From an uncultured Paenibacillaceae bacterium (GTDB taxonomy: Bacteria > Bacillota > Bacilli > Aneurinibacillales > Aneurinibacillaceae), in NCBI GenBank assembly GCA_937874515.1, contig CALNBV010000235.1, forward strand, positions 1,210 to 65,209: a stretch of DNA of 64,000 bases. The letters are read 5' to 3'. Shown here in pieces: positions 1 to 8,595 of the stretch. A program made the translations under genes and the position numbers. The notes under the pieces are model-generated. The model searched no databases. It had not been told where the DNA came from and saw only the letters and a list, made by a program, of their open reading frames with translations. The stretch's first letter is position 1, and every line of letters begins with the position of its first letter.

Positions 1-30
1 TACGAAAAAATGGAAAAACCTCTTGAATAA

Positions 31-411
31 TCAAGAGGTTTTTGTGTGTTCATTTTTGTTCTTTTTTCCTTCAATCACCTGAAATGGATGGCTTTTTCGC
101 TGCGTAGTTTTGATTTTGTTAACTTGTTTCGGTTTGGTTTTTACCTGTTCTTTAAGTGCAAAAGGGCTATGATTTTTCCCTTTTTGTTTACGTTTTTGTT
201 GTTGTAGCGCTTTTTTGTATCCTGAATCAAGGGAATTAGTGGAAATGGATTTTGAAACCTGACGGTAAACCAGATAAATAATTCCGGCCACCACCAGAAT
301 GATTCCTGCTGTCTTTAAGGTTCCCAATAGATCATTATAAAACATAGAGAACAAGCCAATTCCTGCCAGGACCATAATTGAAACAGTAAAACCAATGGCT
401 TTTTTGGACAC
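31..411 (-). CDS. small membrane protein with lysine-rich C-terminal tail (hypothetical)
   Basis: 126-aa ORF with a GTG start preceded by GGGGTG. Two hydrophobic helices are followed by a basic tail. It lies directly downstream of the DUF1385 gene, and a hairpin at 17-40 overlaps the stop. Confidence 0.6.
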   Translation of the reverse strand: MSKKAIGFTVSIMVLAGIGLFSMFYNDLLGTLKTAGIILVVAGIIYLVYRQVSKSISTNSLDSGYKKALQQQKRKQKGKNHSPFALKEQVKTKPKQVNKIKTTQRKSHPFQVIEGKKNKNEHTKTS

Positions 412-442
412 CTTTACACCCCGTTTCCAATAATTTTTTGGC

Positions 443-1408
443 CTAGGATTGTTGCATGGGAGTGCTGCAATTCATGGCCGTTCCTTCATCCAGTGCGCGC
501 ATTCGTTGAAAAGAAGCAATTGCTACTTCTACTTGATGATCATCAGGTTCGATTGTGGTAAGTTTCTGCAACCATAACCCTGGATAGCCCAGGGTGCACA
601 AAATGGGAATTCCCCTTAATTTGTTGGTTAATTGCAGAGTCTCATAAGAGAAACCGATGACCACCGGGAGCAAGAGAATCCGTTGATACACACGCTCCCA
701 TAACGTATCGTAATGAAAGAAAGAATAGATAACGATACCGACCAGAACTGTAAAGACCATAAAACTGCTTCCGCACCGATAGTGAAGTGTAGAAAACTTT
801 TGTACATTCTTTACTGTTAATTCTACCCCTGATTCATAAGCATTAATCACTTTATGTTCGGCGCCATGATATTGAAACAGTCTTTTGATCATAGGAGTCC
901 TGGAAATAATATATAGATATGCCAATAGCAATAGTATCTTTATTCCGCCTTCAATAAAATTTTGGGCAATATTATGGGTTACCCATTTTTTGAAGAGAAC
1001 ATCGGCTAAAATTGCGGGAACTACAGTAAATATTAATTTTCCAAAAAGGAAGGATATGACACCGATAACCGCAATCCCGAGAATCATGGTTAAGCTCCAT
1101 TTATCCTTTTTTTCTGGTTCAGCTACTTCCGGTTCATCTTCATCTGTATTGTCATCCGCATATTTTTCAGAGGAAAAATTCAAATGCTTGGCACCGTTTG
1201 CACTGGATACAATGAGGGCGACAATCCCACGAATAAAGGGGATTTTTTTAAGGGATTTCACCCATGGACTTTCCTTTTTCACCTCTTCATAATACTCAAT
1301 AGTATTGTCCTTTCGGCGAATGGCCGTTACGGCATATTGTTTTCCGCCGAACATCACTCCTTCGATTACTGCTTGCCCACCATATGCGGTTGGTAATTGT
1401 TTTCCCAA
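443..1408 (-). CDS. DUF1385 (YqhQ-like) membrane protein
   Basis: The track ORF is 443..1483. An in-frame TTG at 1408 preceded by AAGGAAGGTG gives (M)GKQLPTAYGGQAVIEGVMFGG, the conserved family N-terminus. A YHGAEHKVI motif is present. Confidence 0.8.
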   Translation of the reverse strand: MGKQLPTAYGGQAVIEGVMFGGKQYAVTAIRRKDNTIEYYEEVKKESPWVKSLKKIPFIRGIVALIVSSANGAKHLNFSSEKYADDNTDEDEPEVAEPEKKDKWSLTMILGIAVIGVISFLFGKLIFTVVPAILADVLFKKWVTHNIAQNFIEGGIKILLLLAYLYIISRTPMIKRLFQYHGAEHKVINAYESGVELTVKNVQKFSTLHYRCGSSFMVFTVLVGIVIYSFFHYDTLWERVYQRILLLPVVIGFSYETLQLTNKLRGIPILCTLGYPGLWLQKLTTIEPDDHQVEVAIASFQRMRALDEGTAMNCSTPMQQS

Positions 1409-1550
1409 AGTAAACACCTTCCTTACGTTATATTTTAACTTATTTGGAATGGAGTTTCTACCGAAAGAACAATTCAAAAGCACTTATCAATGGACAAACT
1501 ATTGAAAAAATCGACAGGACGTGGATAATAGTATAGGGAGGTGAAACCAT

Positions 1551-1877
1551 ATGAAAAAATTAGTAACAGCAGTTTTAATGCTAGCGGTTGTAATTGGATT
1601 AAGCGCTTGTGGTAACAAAGCAGACAACACCACAGCTCCTGCAGGTCCAAATGCTGAAGCTATTGTAAAAACAAAATGTGCAACTTGCCATGGTCAAAAT
1701 CTTGAAGGTGTCATTGGACCAAAATTAAACGATATTGGTGCTCGTTTAACGAAAGATGACATTGCTAAGGTCATTAAAGATGGTAAAACAGGTAACATCG
1801 GTGTAATGCCACCAGGAAGTCTTACCAAACAAGATGAAATTGATGCAGTTGCAGAATACCTTGCAGCTAAAAAATAA
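1551..1877 (+). CDS. cccB: membrane-anchored lipoprotein cytochrome c (c551/c550 type)
   Basis: Signal peptide with lipobox LSAC, a single CATCH haem-c motif, about 108 aa, and a GGGAGG RBS. The cccB versus cccA choice is uncertain. Confidence 0.75.
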   Translation: MKKLVTAVLMLAVVIGLSACGNKADNTTAPAGPNAEAIVKTKCATCHGQNLEGVIGPKLNDIGARLTKDDIAKVIKDGKTGNIGVMPPGSLTKQDEIDAVAEYLAAKK

Positions 1878-1913
1878 TCCTTTTATATCATAAAGGATTA
1901 TAATTTATTTGAA

Positions 1914-1951
1914 GAACATCTCCCTAATCATTAGGGGGATGTTCTTTTTTT
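1914..1951 (+). terminator. rho-independent terminator after cytochrome c gene
   Basis: The stem gaacatctccct pairs with agggggatgttc and is followed by T7. A second hairpin (1875-1900) spans the stop codon. Confidence 0.8.
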
Positions 1952-2059
1952 GCGATAGTTATAACTATTCTATTCGGCAAAGGTTACAATAGTGGCGCGT
2001 ACAGGTTAAACTATATTAAAATGAATAAAAGAAAATCATGGAAAAGGAAATTAGATAAC

Positions 2060-2494
2060 ATGAAGAAAATATTAATTATAAATGGACCAAATCTAAATAT
2101 GTTAGGCATAAGGGAACCAGGGATTTATGGTTCTGCTACTTTAAAGGATGTAGAGGAGTCGTTAAAACGCCTTTCAGCAGAATTAGGAGTGGAAGTGGAC
2201 TTTTTTCAATCCAATTATGAAGGGGCGATTATTGACCGGATCCATCAGGCTTTTGGAGAGTGTGATGGCCTGGTGATTAATCCAGGAGCTTTTACCCACT
2301 ATAGTTATGCCATCAGGGATGCCATTGATAGTGTGAAAATTCCTACCGTTGAGATTCATATATCCAATGTCCATGCTCGGGAAGAGTTCCGTCATCATTC
2401 CGTGATTGCGCCAATCGCTGTTGGACAAATCATGGGTTTTGGAATTTATGGGTATCAACTGGCACTTCGGGGGATTGTAAACCATCTGCAATAA
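2060..2494 (+). CDS. aroQ: type II 3-dehydroquinate dehydratase
   Basis: Motifs ILIINGPNLNMLGIREPGIYG and HISNVHAREEFRHHS. I chose the internal ATG at 2060 because homologues start just before the NGPN motif. Confidence 0.9.
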   Translation: MKKILIINGPNLNMLGIREPGIYGSATLKDVEESLKRLSAELGVEVDFFQSNYEGAIIDRIHQAFGECDGLVINPGAFTHYSYAIRDAIDSVKIPTVEIHISNVHAREEFRHHSVIAPIAVGQIMGFGIYGYQLALRGIVNHLQ

Positions 2495-2521
2495 TTTAAA
2501 CGGGAAAGGAAGAGGATGAGA

Positions 2522-3589
2522 ATGTCTGTTAAACTCATAGCATTAAGGGAAAAGATGAGGACAGAAAACCTGGATGGTTTCTTTGTGACCAATCCATTTA
2601 ATCGACGCTACCTTTCCGGTTTTACAGGGACCTCTGGGAACCTCGTCATTACAGCAAATTCGTCGGATTTAATAACCGATTTTCGTTATGTGGAACAAGC
2701 TAGCCAACAGGCTCCTGATTTTACTGTTATTCGCCATGAACGGGAGATCCTTGAGTGCGTGGGTGAACAGGTGAAAAAACAAGGTGTGAAACGCCTTGCT
2801 TTTGAACAAAATGATGTGACCTATGCCTTATTCCAGAAGTTAGCGGGATTTACAGAGGGCGTAGAATTGGTTCCAGTAGAAGGAATCATTGAGGAACTTC
2901 GTTTAATTAAAACGCCAGAAGAGATTGCCATCATAAAAGATGCTGCACACATTGCAGATCAGGCCTTTGCTCATATTCTTGAATTCATTAAACCAGGGGT
3001 AACGGAAAGGCAGGTTTCTAATGAATTGGAGTTTGCCATGCGCCGTTTAGGTGCCACAGCCTCTTCTTTTGATACCATCGTTGCTTCAGGCCTTCGCTCC
3101 GCCTTGCCCCATGGGGTTGCAACAGATAAATGCATACAATCAGGAGAGTTAGTTACCCTTGATTTTGGGGCATACTATCGAGGATACTGTTCTGATATTA
3201 CGAGAACCATCGCTGTGGGCAAACCCGATCCTAAATTGGAGGAAATCTATTCCGTTGTTTTAAACGCACAGCTCAATGGGGTGCAAAAGGTGGGACCTGG
3301 GTTGAGCGGGAAGGAAGCAGATGCTCTCACAAGGGAATTAATTGGCGAGGCTGGTTTTGCTGAATACTTTGGCCATGGTACAGGCCACGGGGTAGGTTTA
3401 GAAATTCATGAAGGGCCAACCTTATCCCCCCGGGGGGAACAAAGGTTGAGGCCAGGAATGGTGGTAACCGTTGAACCTGGCATATACGTACCAGGATTGG
3501 GAGGGGTCCGCATTGAAGATGATGTGGTCATCACAGAACAAGGGTGTGATGTATTAACCGCTTCCCCTAAAGAATTCATTATTCTGTAA
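2522..3589 (+). CDS. pepP: Xaa-Pro aminopeptidase (M24B, YqhT/PepP-like)
   Basis: M24 metal-ligand motifs (DITRT, HGTGHGVGLEIHE, VEPG..RIED). ATG 2522 has better spacing from the GAGG RBS than ATG 2516. Confidence 0.88.
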   Translation: MSVKLIALREKMRTENLDGFFVTNPFNRRYLSGFTGTSGNLVITANSSDLITDFRYVEQASQQAPDFTVIRHEREILECVGEQVKKQGVKRLAFEQNDVTYALFQKLAGFTEGVELVPVEGIIEELRLIKTPEEIAIIKDAAHIADQAFAHILEFIKPGVTERQVSNELEFAMRRLGATASSFDTIVASGLRSALPHGVATDKCIQSGELVTLDFGAYYRGYCSDITRTIAVGKPDPKLEEIYSVVLNAQLNGVQKVGPGLSGKEADALTRELIGEAGFAEYFGHGTGHGVGLEIHEGPTLSPRGEQRLRPGMVVTVEPGIYVPGLGGVRIEDDVVITEQGCDVLTASPKEFIIL

Positions 3590-3645
3590 CTGGATTTTTT
3601 ATGATATAATTTTCAAGTTAAGATTAGACTTTGGGAGGTTTATTC

Positions 3646-4203
3646 ATGATTTCAGTAAACGACCTGCGCCCTGGCATTACCATAGAAGTGGATAAGGACA
3701 TTTTTTCTGTCATTGAATTCCAACATGTAAAGCCAGGAAAAGGTGCAGCTTTTGTACGCACTAAACTTCGTAATTTACGTAATGGATCCATTAAGGAAAC
3801 CACTTTCCGTGCGGGTGAAAAAGTTTCCCGTGCCCGTATCGAAACCAAAGAAATGCAATATCTTTATGCTTCAGGTGATGAGCATGTATTCATGGATACC
3901 ACAACCTATGACCAAATTAGTCTTCCTGCTGCAAACCTGAAAAGTGAATTAAGATACCTTCTTGAAAACATGCTCGTGAGCATTGTAATGTATGAAGGGG
4001 AAATCCTTGGTGTTCAAGTTCCTAACACAGTTGTATTAGAAGTTGCGGAAACAGAACCAGGCATTAAAGGGGATACTGCTTCTGGCGGTACGAAACCTGC
4101 TACATTACAAACCGGTGTGGTTGTACAAGTGCCATTCTTTATCAATGTAGGCGATAAATTAATCATTGATACCCGTTCTGGCGATTACGTATCTCGTGCA
4201 TAA
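3646..4203 (+). CDS. efp: elongation factor P
   Basis: [10 protein letters not shown]...[15 protein letters not shown], 185 aa, with a GGGAGG RBS 7 nt upstream of ATG 3646. Confidence 0.97.
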   Translation: MISVNDLRPGITIEVDKDIFSVIEFQHVKPGKGAAFVRTKLRNLRNGSIKETTFRAGEKVSRARIETKEMQYLYASGDEHVFMDTTTYDQISLPAANLKSELRYLLENMLVSIVMYEGEILGVQVPNTVVLEVAETEPGIKGDTASGGTKPATLQTGVVVQVPFFINVGDKLIIDTRSGDYVSRA

Positions 4204-4208
4204 ATAAG

Positions 4209-4243
4209 AAAAGACCTTTCCTTCATGGATTGGTCTTTTTTCT
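4209..4243. terminator. shared hairpin between convergent efp and comA-like genes
   Basis: aaaagacc pairs with ggtctttt and is flanked by A and T runs. The loop is large, so this is only moderately convincing. Confidence 0.5.
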
Positions 4244-4257
4244 TATGGATATTATCT

Positions 4258-5055
4258 TCATATGGGAAACGTATCAGAACGGAGACCTCTTCTCAAACAT
4301 TCCAGGGAAAAGACATCTATACCTGGTATGTTTCCTATATTCACATTCCGTCCAAATGATTCAATAAGGCAGACTTGTTGTTTTTTTAAGGGCGCTTCCC
4401 AAATTAGGCGCTGCAATAAATCAGAAGAAATCCTGGTTTTGATTTCTTCAAGAAAGCCCTCATCTAAATCTCCTTCTTTATCATAAATCCCTGCATTTTT
4501 TCCCGTTTCTCTGCCTTCTACAATGACATATGCTGCTCCACATTCAACGTCTGAATAGAGTGTTTCTTCTAACTCATCAATGTTTAAGATGGATCCCTGG
4601 GCTTTCTTTCCACATTCCGTAATAACCTGGAATCCTCTATTTTTCGCTTCGAAGATAAACTGGCAACGTTCCTCATTTGTCAGGGAGATGGTTCCGTCAG
4701 AGATTTCCACATAGTCGAATCCTAGATTACGTAAGGAATCCAAATAAGTGTGAATTTCATTCTTTTGGTATGCAACCTCAAAAAAAGTGCCTCCAGGATA
4801 TAAAATGACACCTCGTTCCCGTGCAATGCAGAGTTTATCTTGTAATATTGGTGGAGGGTAAAGGACAGATGTTCCAAATCCCAATTTAATGAAATCGATA
4901 TATGGTGTTGAGAGGGACAATAAATCAGAAAAAGCGCTAATCCCTAATCCTTTGTCAATCACCATGGTCATGCCCTGGGAGCGGGGCTTCATTAGACGGA
5001 CACCCGATGGATCCATCAGTCCATCATTCCAGATAAAGGTATCAAGTCGGTTCAC
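4258..5055 (-). CDS. (2R)-phospho-3-sulfolactate synthase family protein (ComA/YitD-like)
   Basis: 265 aa. The pattern GMTMVIDKGLG...IDFIKLGFGTS...GFDYVEISDGT resembles PF02679 members as I recall them. Confidence 0.7.
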   Translation of the reverse strand: MNRLDTFIWNDGLMDPSGVRLMKPRSQGMTMVIDKGLGISAFSDLLSLSTPYIDFIKLGFGTSVLYPPPILQDKLCIARERGVILYPGGTFFEVAYQKNEIHTYLDSLRNLGFDYVEISDGTISLTNEERCQFIFEAKNRGFQVITECGKKAQGSILNIDELEETLYSDVECGAAYVIVEGRETGKNAGIYDKEGDLDEGFLEEIKTRISSDLLQRLIWEAPLKKQQVCLIESFGRNVNIGNIPGIDVFSLECLRRGLRSDTFPI

Positions 5056-5104
5056 AAAAGGTCCCCCTCAATTGCTCATCTGCCCTTAGCTTATGCACAT
5101 TGGC

Positions 5105-6400
5105 CTATGTTGGTTCTTTTCTGGGCCCTTTAAGTGGTCGCCTTTGGAAACGATGTCCAGGGATTGGCCGTAAAATCGTTCGGCTATGGCCATTTTTCCC
5201 TTTTACAAAATTAGGACGATGGATAAAAATCATGGCGAGAATCCCGATGAGAAGACAAAGGCCTGTCAACCCCCAGAATAGAATGAATTTTTGATTCATA
5301 AGCTTTCCGAATACTGGGGGGCCAGCAGCTACCCCAAGAAAACGAATGCTTCCATAAAGTGAAGTAATAATTCCCCGTTCTTCCTTTCCAACTGCTGAGG
5401 TAATCATGGTATTTAAACAGGGAAGAACAAGCCCACTCCCAATTCCCCCGACAAAAAGCAATCCAATTAATACCCAGCGGTTGGTGATAAAAGGCAATGG
5501 GATAGCGATGAGACCTGTTGTGAGAAGACCTGCCACAATTAATGTCTTCATTAATCCCATGTGTTTTTGAATAAAATGGCCTGTCCATAATGCGGTTCCG
5601 CATAAAGAAAGAAGGGGAATCGCCAATAAAAGGCCTTTCATAATTCCATCAATGTGGTATTTTTTCTCAAGAATATCTGAGAGGAAAAATAAAATGCCAA
5701 AAAGGGTAAATAAAACGACTGCTCCAGCGAAAAAGGCGACAATGAGCCATTTTCCTTGTTTTTTAAAGACTTGGAGGATTTCTTGCCCATATTTTTTTAA
5801 GGGTTTTGGTTCGCCAACTTCTTTTTCCTTCACCCATTTTCCAATGGCAAAAGCCGCAGGTACCGTAAGAATAGGGAAAAAGAAAAACAGGCTGTACCAG
5901 GTAATTAAGGCTAAAGCAGAACCCAAAATGGGGCTAATTACTTTCCCCATGGCATTAGATGATTCAATGACACCCAGTGCCTGGCTTCTTTTATCTTTTT
6001 TATATAAGTCACTGACAAGTGCCATGGCAATGGGGGCTGTGCCTGCAGCACCAATCCCTTGAATAATCCTCCCCGTGATTAAGAGCCAGTAGGGTTGCTT
6101 TAAGAAAAGAACAGAAACTCCTGCAACGATTCCTCCTAAACCATAAATTAAAAGGCCAGGGATAATGATTTTTTTTCTGCCAATACGGTCCGATATAATT
6201 CCTGCAAAGGGAATAACCAATCCGGCAGGGACAGAGAAAAGGGTAATAATCATACTGGTTTGTACTTTACTAAGATGGTAGGTGCTTTCGATGGTTGGAA
6301 GAATGGGAATGACCATGGAGTTGCCCAGTACCATAATCAAAGGAACAAGACTCAGGGAAAACAATACTTTGCCTGATACTTTATTTTGTTTCTCTGACAA
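5105..6400 (-). CDS. MFS transporter
   Basis: 431 aa with about 12 predicted hydrophobic helices and the MFS loop motif GIISDRIGRKK. It lies 49 nt upstream of the comA-like gene on the same strand. Confidence 0.85.
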   Translation of the reverse strand: MSEKQNKVSGKVLFSLSLVPLIMVLGNSMVIPILPTIESTYHLSKVQTSMIITLFSVPAGLVIPFAGIISDRIGRKKIIIPGLLIYGLGGIVAGVSVLFLKQPYWLLITGRIIQGIGAAGTAPIAMALVSDLYKKDKRSQALGVIESSNAMGKVISPILGSALALITWYSLFFFFPILTVPAAFAIGKWVKEKEVGEPKPLKKYGQEILQVFKKQGKWLIVAFFAGAVVLFTLFGILFFLSDILEKKYHIDGIMKGLLLAIPLLSLCGTALWTGHFIQKHMGLMKTLIVAGLLTTGLIAIPLPFITNRWVLIGLLFVGGIGSGLVLPCLNTMITSAVGKEERGIITSLYGSIRFLGVAAGPPVFGKLMNQKFILFWGLTGLCLLIGILAMIFIHRPNFVKGKNGHSRTILRPIPGHRFQRRPLKGPRKEPT

Positions 6401-6452
6401 GTCTTCACCTCATTTCCGAAAAGATTTCCCAGATAGTATTCCCTAAGGGTTG

Positions 6453-6482
6453 TCATATTAAAAACCTGCTTGTCATAAAAAT
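6453..6482 (+). promoter_or_regulatory. candidate sigma-E promoter of the spoIIIA operon
   Basis: TCATATT-14 nt-CATAAAAAT, compared with my recalled sigma-E consensus kmATATT-N14-CATACAHT. It lies about 35 nt upstream of the GTG start. Confidence 0.55.
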
Positions 6483-6517
6483 GTGATAAGTCAGATTGGA
6501 CAAAAGGGGAGAGTTAT

Positions 6518-7444
6518 GTGACAGAAGATGTATATCTCATACTGCCCGATACAGTTCGCAATCGTCTTGCAAAAATGTCTTCCTCTGAAATCCATCGCAT
6601 TGAGGAAATACGATTGCGTATCGGCCTACCCGTGGAAGTGGTAATCGAAAACCGCTCCTTTTTCCTCGATGAAGGACAACGGTTTGGCAAAGAAGAGGCG
6701 ACCATTCTCATGAATCGGTTAAGCATGCATTCTCTTTACACCCTTGAGGAAGAAATTCGTAGAGGATATATCACCATTAAGGGTGGCCATAGGGTGGGGA
6801 TCGCTGGAAAAGTAGTGCTGGATAGAGGGAATGTGAAACATATCCGGGATGTTGCCAGTTTTAATATCCGTATTGCCAGACAAATTCTTGGTGCCGCTAA
6901 TGGAGTCTTACCTTTATTAGTTGAAAAAGGACAGGTTAAAAGCACGTTAATTATTTCACCTCCTCAGTGTGGGAAAACCACATTGATCCGGGATATTGCC
7001 CGACAGTTAAGTTATGGTACGAAAGGGTTTCCTGGCAAAAAAGTATCCATTGTGGATGAACGTTCAGAAATTGCTGGATGTGTAAATGGGATTCCCCAGA
7101 AAGATGTAGGTCCCCGAACGGATGTAATGGATGGGTGTCCAAAGGCAGAAGGGATGATGATGATGATTCGTTCCATGTCCCCTGATGTAATCATTACGGA
7201 TGAAATGGGACGACCTGAAGATAGTTACGCCATTGAGGAAGCCATTCACGCAGGAATTGCCGTAATCACCACGGTTCACGGGAAAAATTTGAAAGATGTC
7301 ATGCGGCGTCCTGTGTTATCCAGGTTGGCCCAAAGCGGTGTCTTTCAACGGTATCTGATACTTGGCCGCCAGCCCCGTGTAGGCACCATCACCTTCATGT
7401 ATGATGAGAATCTCGCTGAGTGCAGGTTTAGGGTAGCGAAATGA
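6518..7444 (+). CDS. spoIIIAA: stage III sporulation protein AA (ATPase)
   Basis: Walker A motif PPQCGKTT, 308 aa, and first gene of an eight-gene spoIIIA-like array. Confidence 0.93.
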   Translation: MTEDVYLILPDTVRNRLAKMSSSEIHRIEEIRLRIGLPVEVVIENRSFFLDEGQRFGKEEATILMNRLSMHSLYTLEEEIRRGYITIKGGHRVGIAGKVVLDRGNVKHIRDVASFNIRIARQILGAANGVLPLLVEKGQVKSTLIISPPQCGKTTLIRDIARQLSYGTKGFPGKKVSIVDERSEIAGCVNGIPQKDVGPRTDVMDGCPKAEGMMMMIRSMSPDVIITDEMGRPEDSYAIEEAIHAGIAVITTVHGKNLKDVMRRPVLSRLAQSGVFQRYLILGRQPRVGTITFMYDENLAECRFRVAK

Positions 7445-7959
7445 TCAAACTGATTGGTGCAATTTTTATTATTTTGTCTAGTTCCTTAATTGGGATGAAG
7501 GTTGCATCCTATTATGTTCTGCGCTCTACTCAACTGCGCCAATTACAGGTCGCTTTACAATGGCTAGAAACGCAAATTGTTTATGGTTCAACCCCTTTGC
7601 ATGTTGCCCTGAACCATATTGCCGTGCGAATGAACGGCGATGTTCGTTATCTTTTTGCTGCAGCAGCAGACGCCCTCACCCATTTAAAAGAAGCAAGCAC
7701 GAGAGAGTGCTGGGAGAGTGCCATAGAAAAAGAATGGCATAAAACAGCCTTAAGAAAACCGGAAAAAGAGGTCCTATTACAATTGGGTCAGGTGTTAGGC
7801 CAGAGTAATCGGGAGGATCAACAAAAACATATTCGCCTGGCGTTAATGAATTTAAAAAGCGAAGAAGATGTGGCAAGGGCACAGCAACAAAAATATGAGA
7901 AAATGTGCCGCAGCCTTGGATTATTGGGTGGATTACTGGTGGTGATTTTACTTTATTGA
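7441..7959 (+). CDS. spoIIIAB: stage III sporulation protein AB
   Basis: ATGA overlap with spoIIIAA, an N-terminal TM helix, 172 aa, and the expected operon position. Confidence 0.88.
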   Translation: MIKLIGAIFIILSSSLIGMKVASYYVLRSTQLRQLQVALQWLETQIVYGSTPLHVALNHIAVRMNGDVRYLFAAAADALTHLKEASTRECWESAIEKEWHKTALRKPEKEVLLQLGQVLGQSNREDQQKHIRLALMNLKSEEDVARAQQQKYEKMCRSLGLLGGLLVVILLY

Positions 7960-7973
7960 AAGGTGGAGAAAAA

Positions 7974-8177
7974 ATGGGGATGAATGTGGATGCCATCTTC
8001 CAAATTGCCGGCATGGGTATCATTGTTGCCATGATCCATACGGTCCTGAAATCATCAGGGAAAGAGGATTGGGCCAATTGGGTAACCCTTATAGGAATTA
8101 TCGTCGTTTTATTTATGGTGGCATCCTATATTAATGATTTATTTCAGGAAATAAAGCGGGTTTTTCTCTTCAAATGA
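7974..8177 (+). CDS. spoIIIAC: stage III sporulation protein AC
   Basis: 67 aa with two TM helices. The internal ATG 7974 follows GGTGGAG. The size and sequence are typical of SpoIIIAC. Confidence 0.88.
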   Translation: MGMNVDAIFQIAGMGIIVAMIHTVLKSSGKEDWANWVTLIGIIVVLFMVASYINDLFQEIKRVFLFK

Positions 8178-8190
8178 GGTGAATGGATCC

Positions 8191-8580
8191 ATGGATATTA
8201 TACAAGTGGTTGGCATTGGACTTATTGCCACAATACTTGCCTTAATTCTAAAAGAACAAAAACCGATGTTTGCTTTTCTTCTGGCTACAGTTACAGGAGT
8301 GATTATTTTTCTAGTGGTCATTGGGAAAATCTCTGAAGTGATTCGTGTTCTTGAGAAAATGGCAGCCCAGGCGAATTTAAATATGATTTATTTAGATACC
8401 ATCCTGAAGATTATTGGCATTGCCTATATTGCTGAGTTTGGTGCCCAGGTCACAAGGGATGCGGGACAGGGAGCCATTGCATCGAAAATCGAACTGGCTG
8501 GAAAAGTGTTAATCATGGTAATGGCCATTCCCATCCTTTCATTAATAGTGGAAACCATCGTCCGACTACTTCCTTCTTAA
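8191..8580 (+). CDS. spoIIIAD: stage III sporulation protein AD
   Basis: The stretch ILKIIGIAYIAEFGAQVTRDAGQGAIASKIELAGK is almost identical to B. subtilis SpoIIIAD as I recall it. The start is ATG 8191 (or GTG 8179). Confidence 0.93.
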   Translation: MDIIQVVGIGLIATILALILKEQKPMFAFLLATVTGVIIFLVVIGKISEVIRVLEKMAAQANLNMIYLDTILKIIGIAYIAEFGAQVTRDAGQGAIASKIELAGKVLIMVMAIPILSLIVETIVRLLPS

Positions 8581-8595
8581 AGGTTGTGAAAACAA

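Noticed and set aside
885-1505. Three + strand ORFs (135, 70 and 66 aa) overlapping the DUF1385 gene
   Set aside because: They are antisense to a well-supported membrane-protein gene and have no RBS or recognisable motifs.
5211-6062. Alternative-frame and antisense ORFs (130 and 136 aa) within the MFS transporter gene
   Set aside because: They are embedded in a 12-TM coding frame that clearly has the better hydrophobic periodicity. They lack translation signals.
7676-8077. 133-aa minus-strand ORF across the spoIIIAB/AC junction
   Set aside because: It overlaps two conserved operon genes on the opposite strand and has no independent support.
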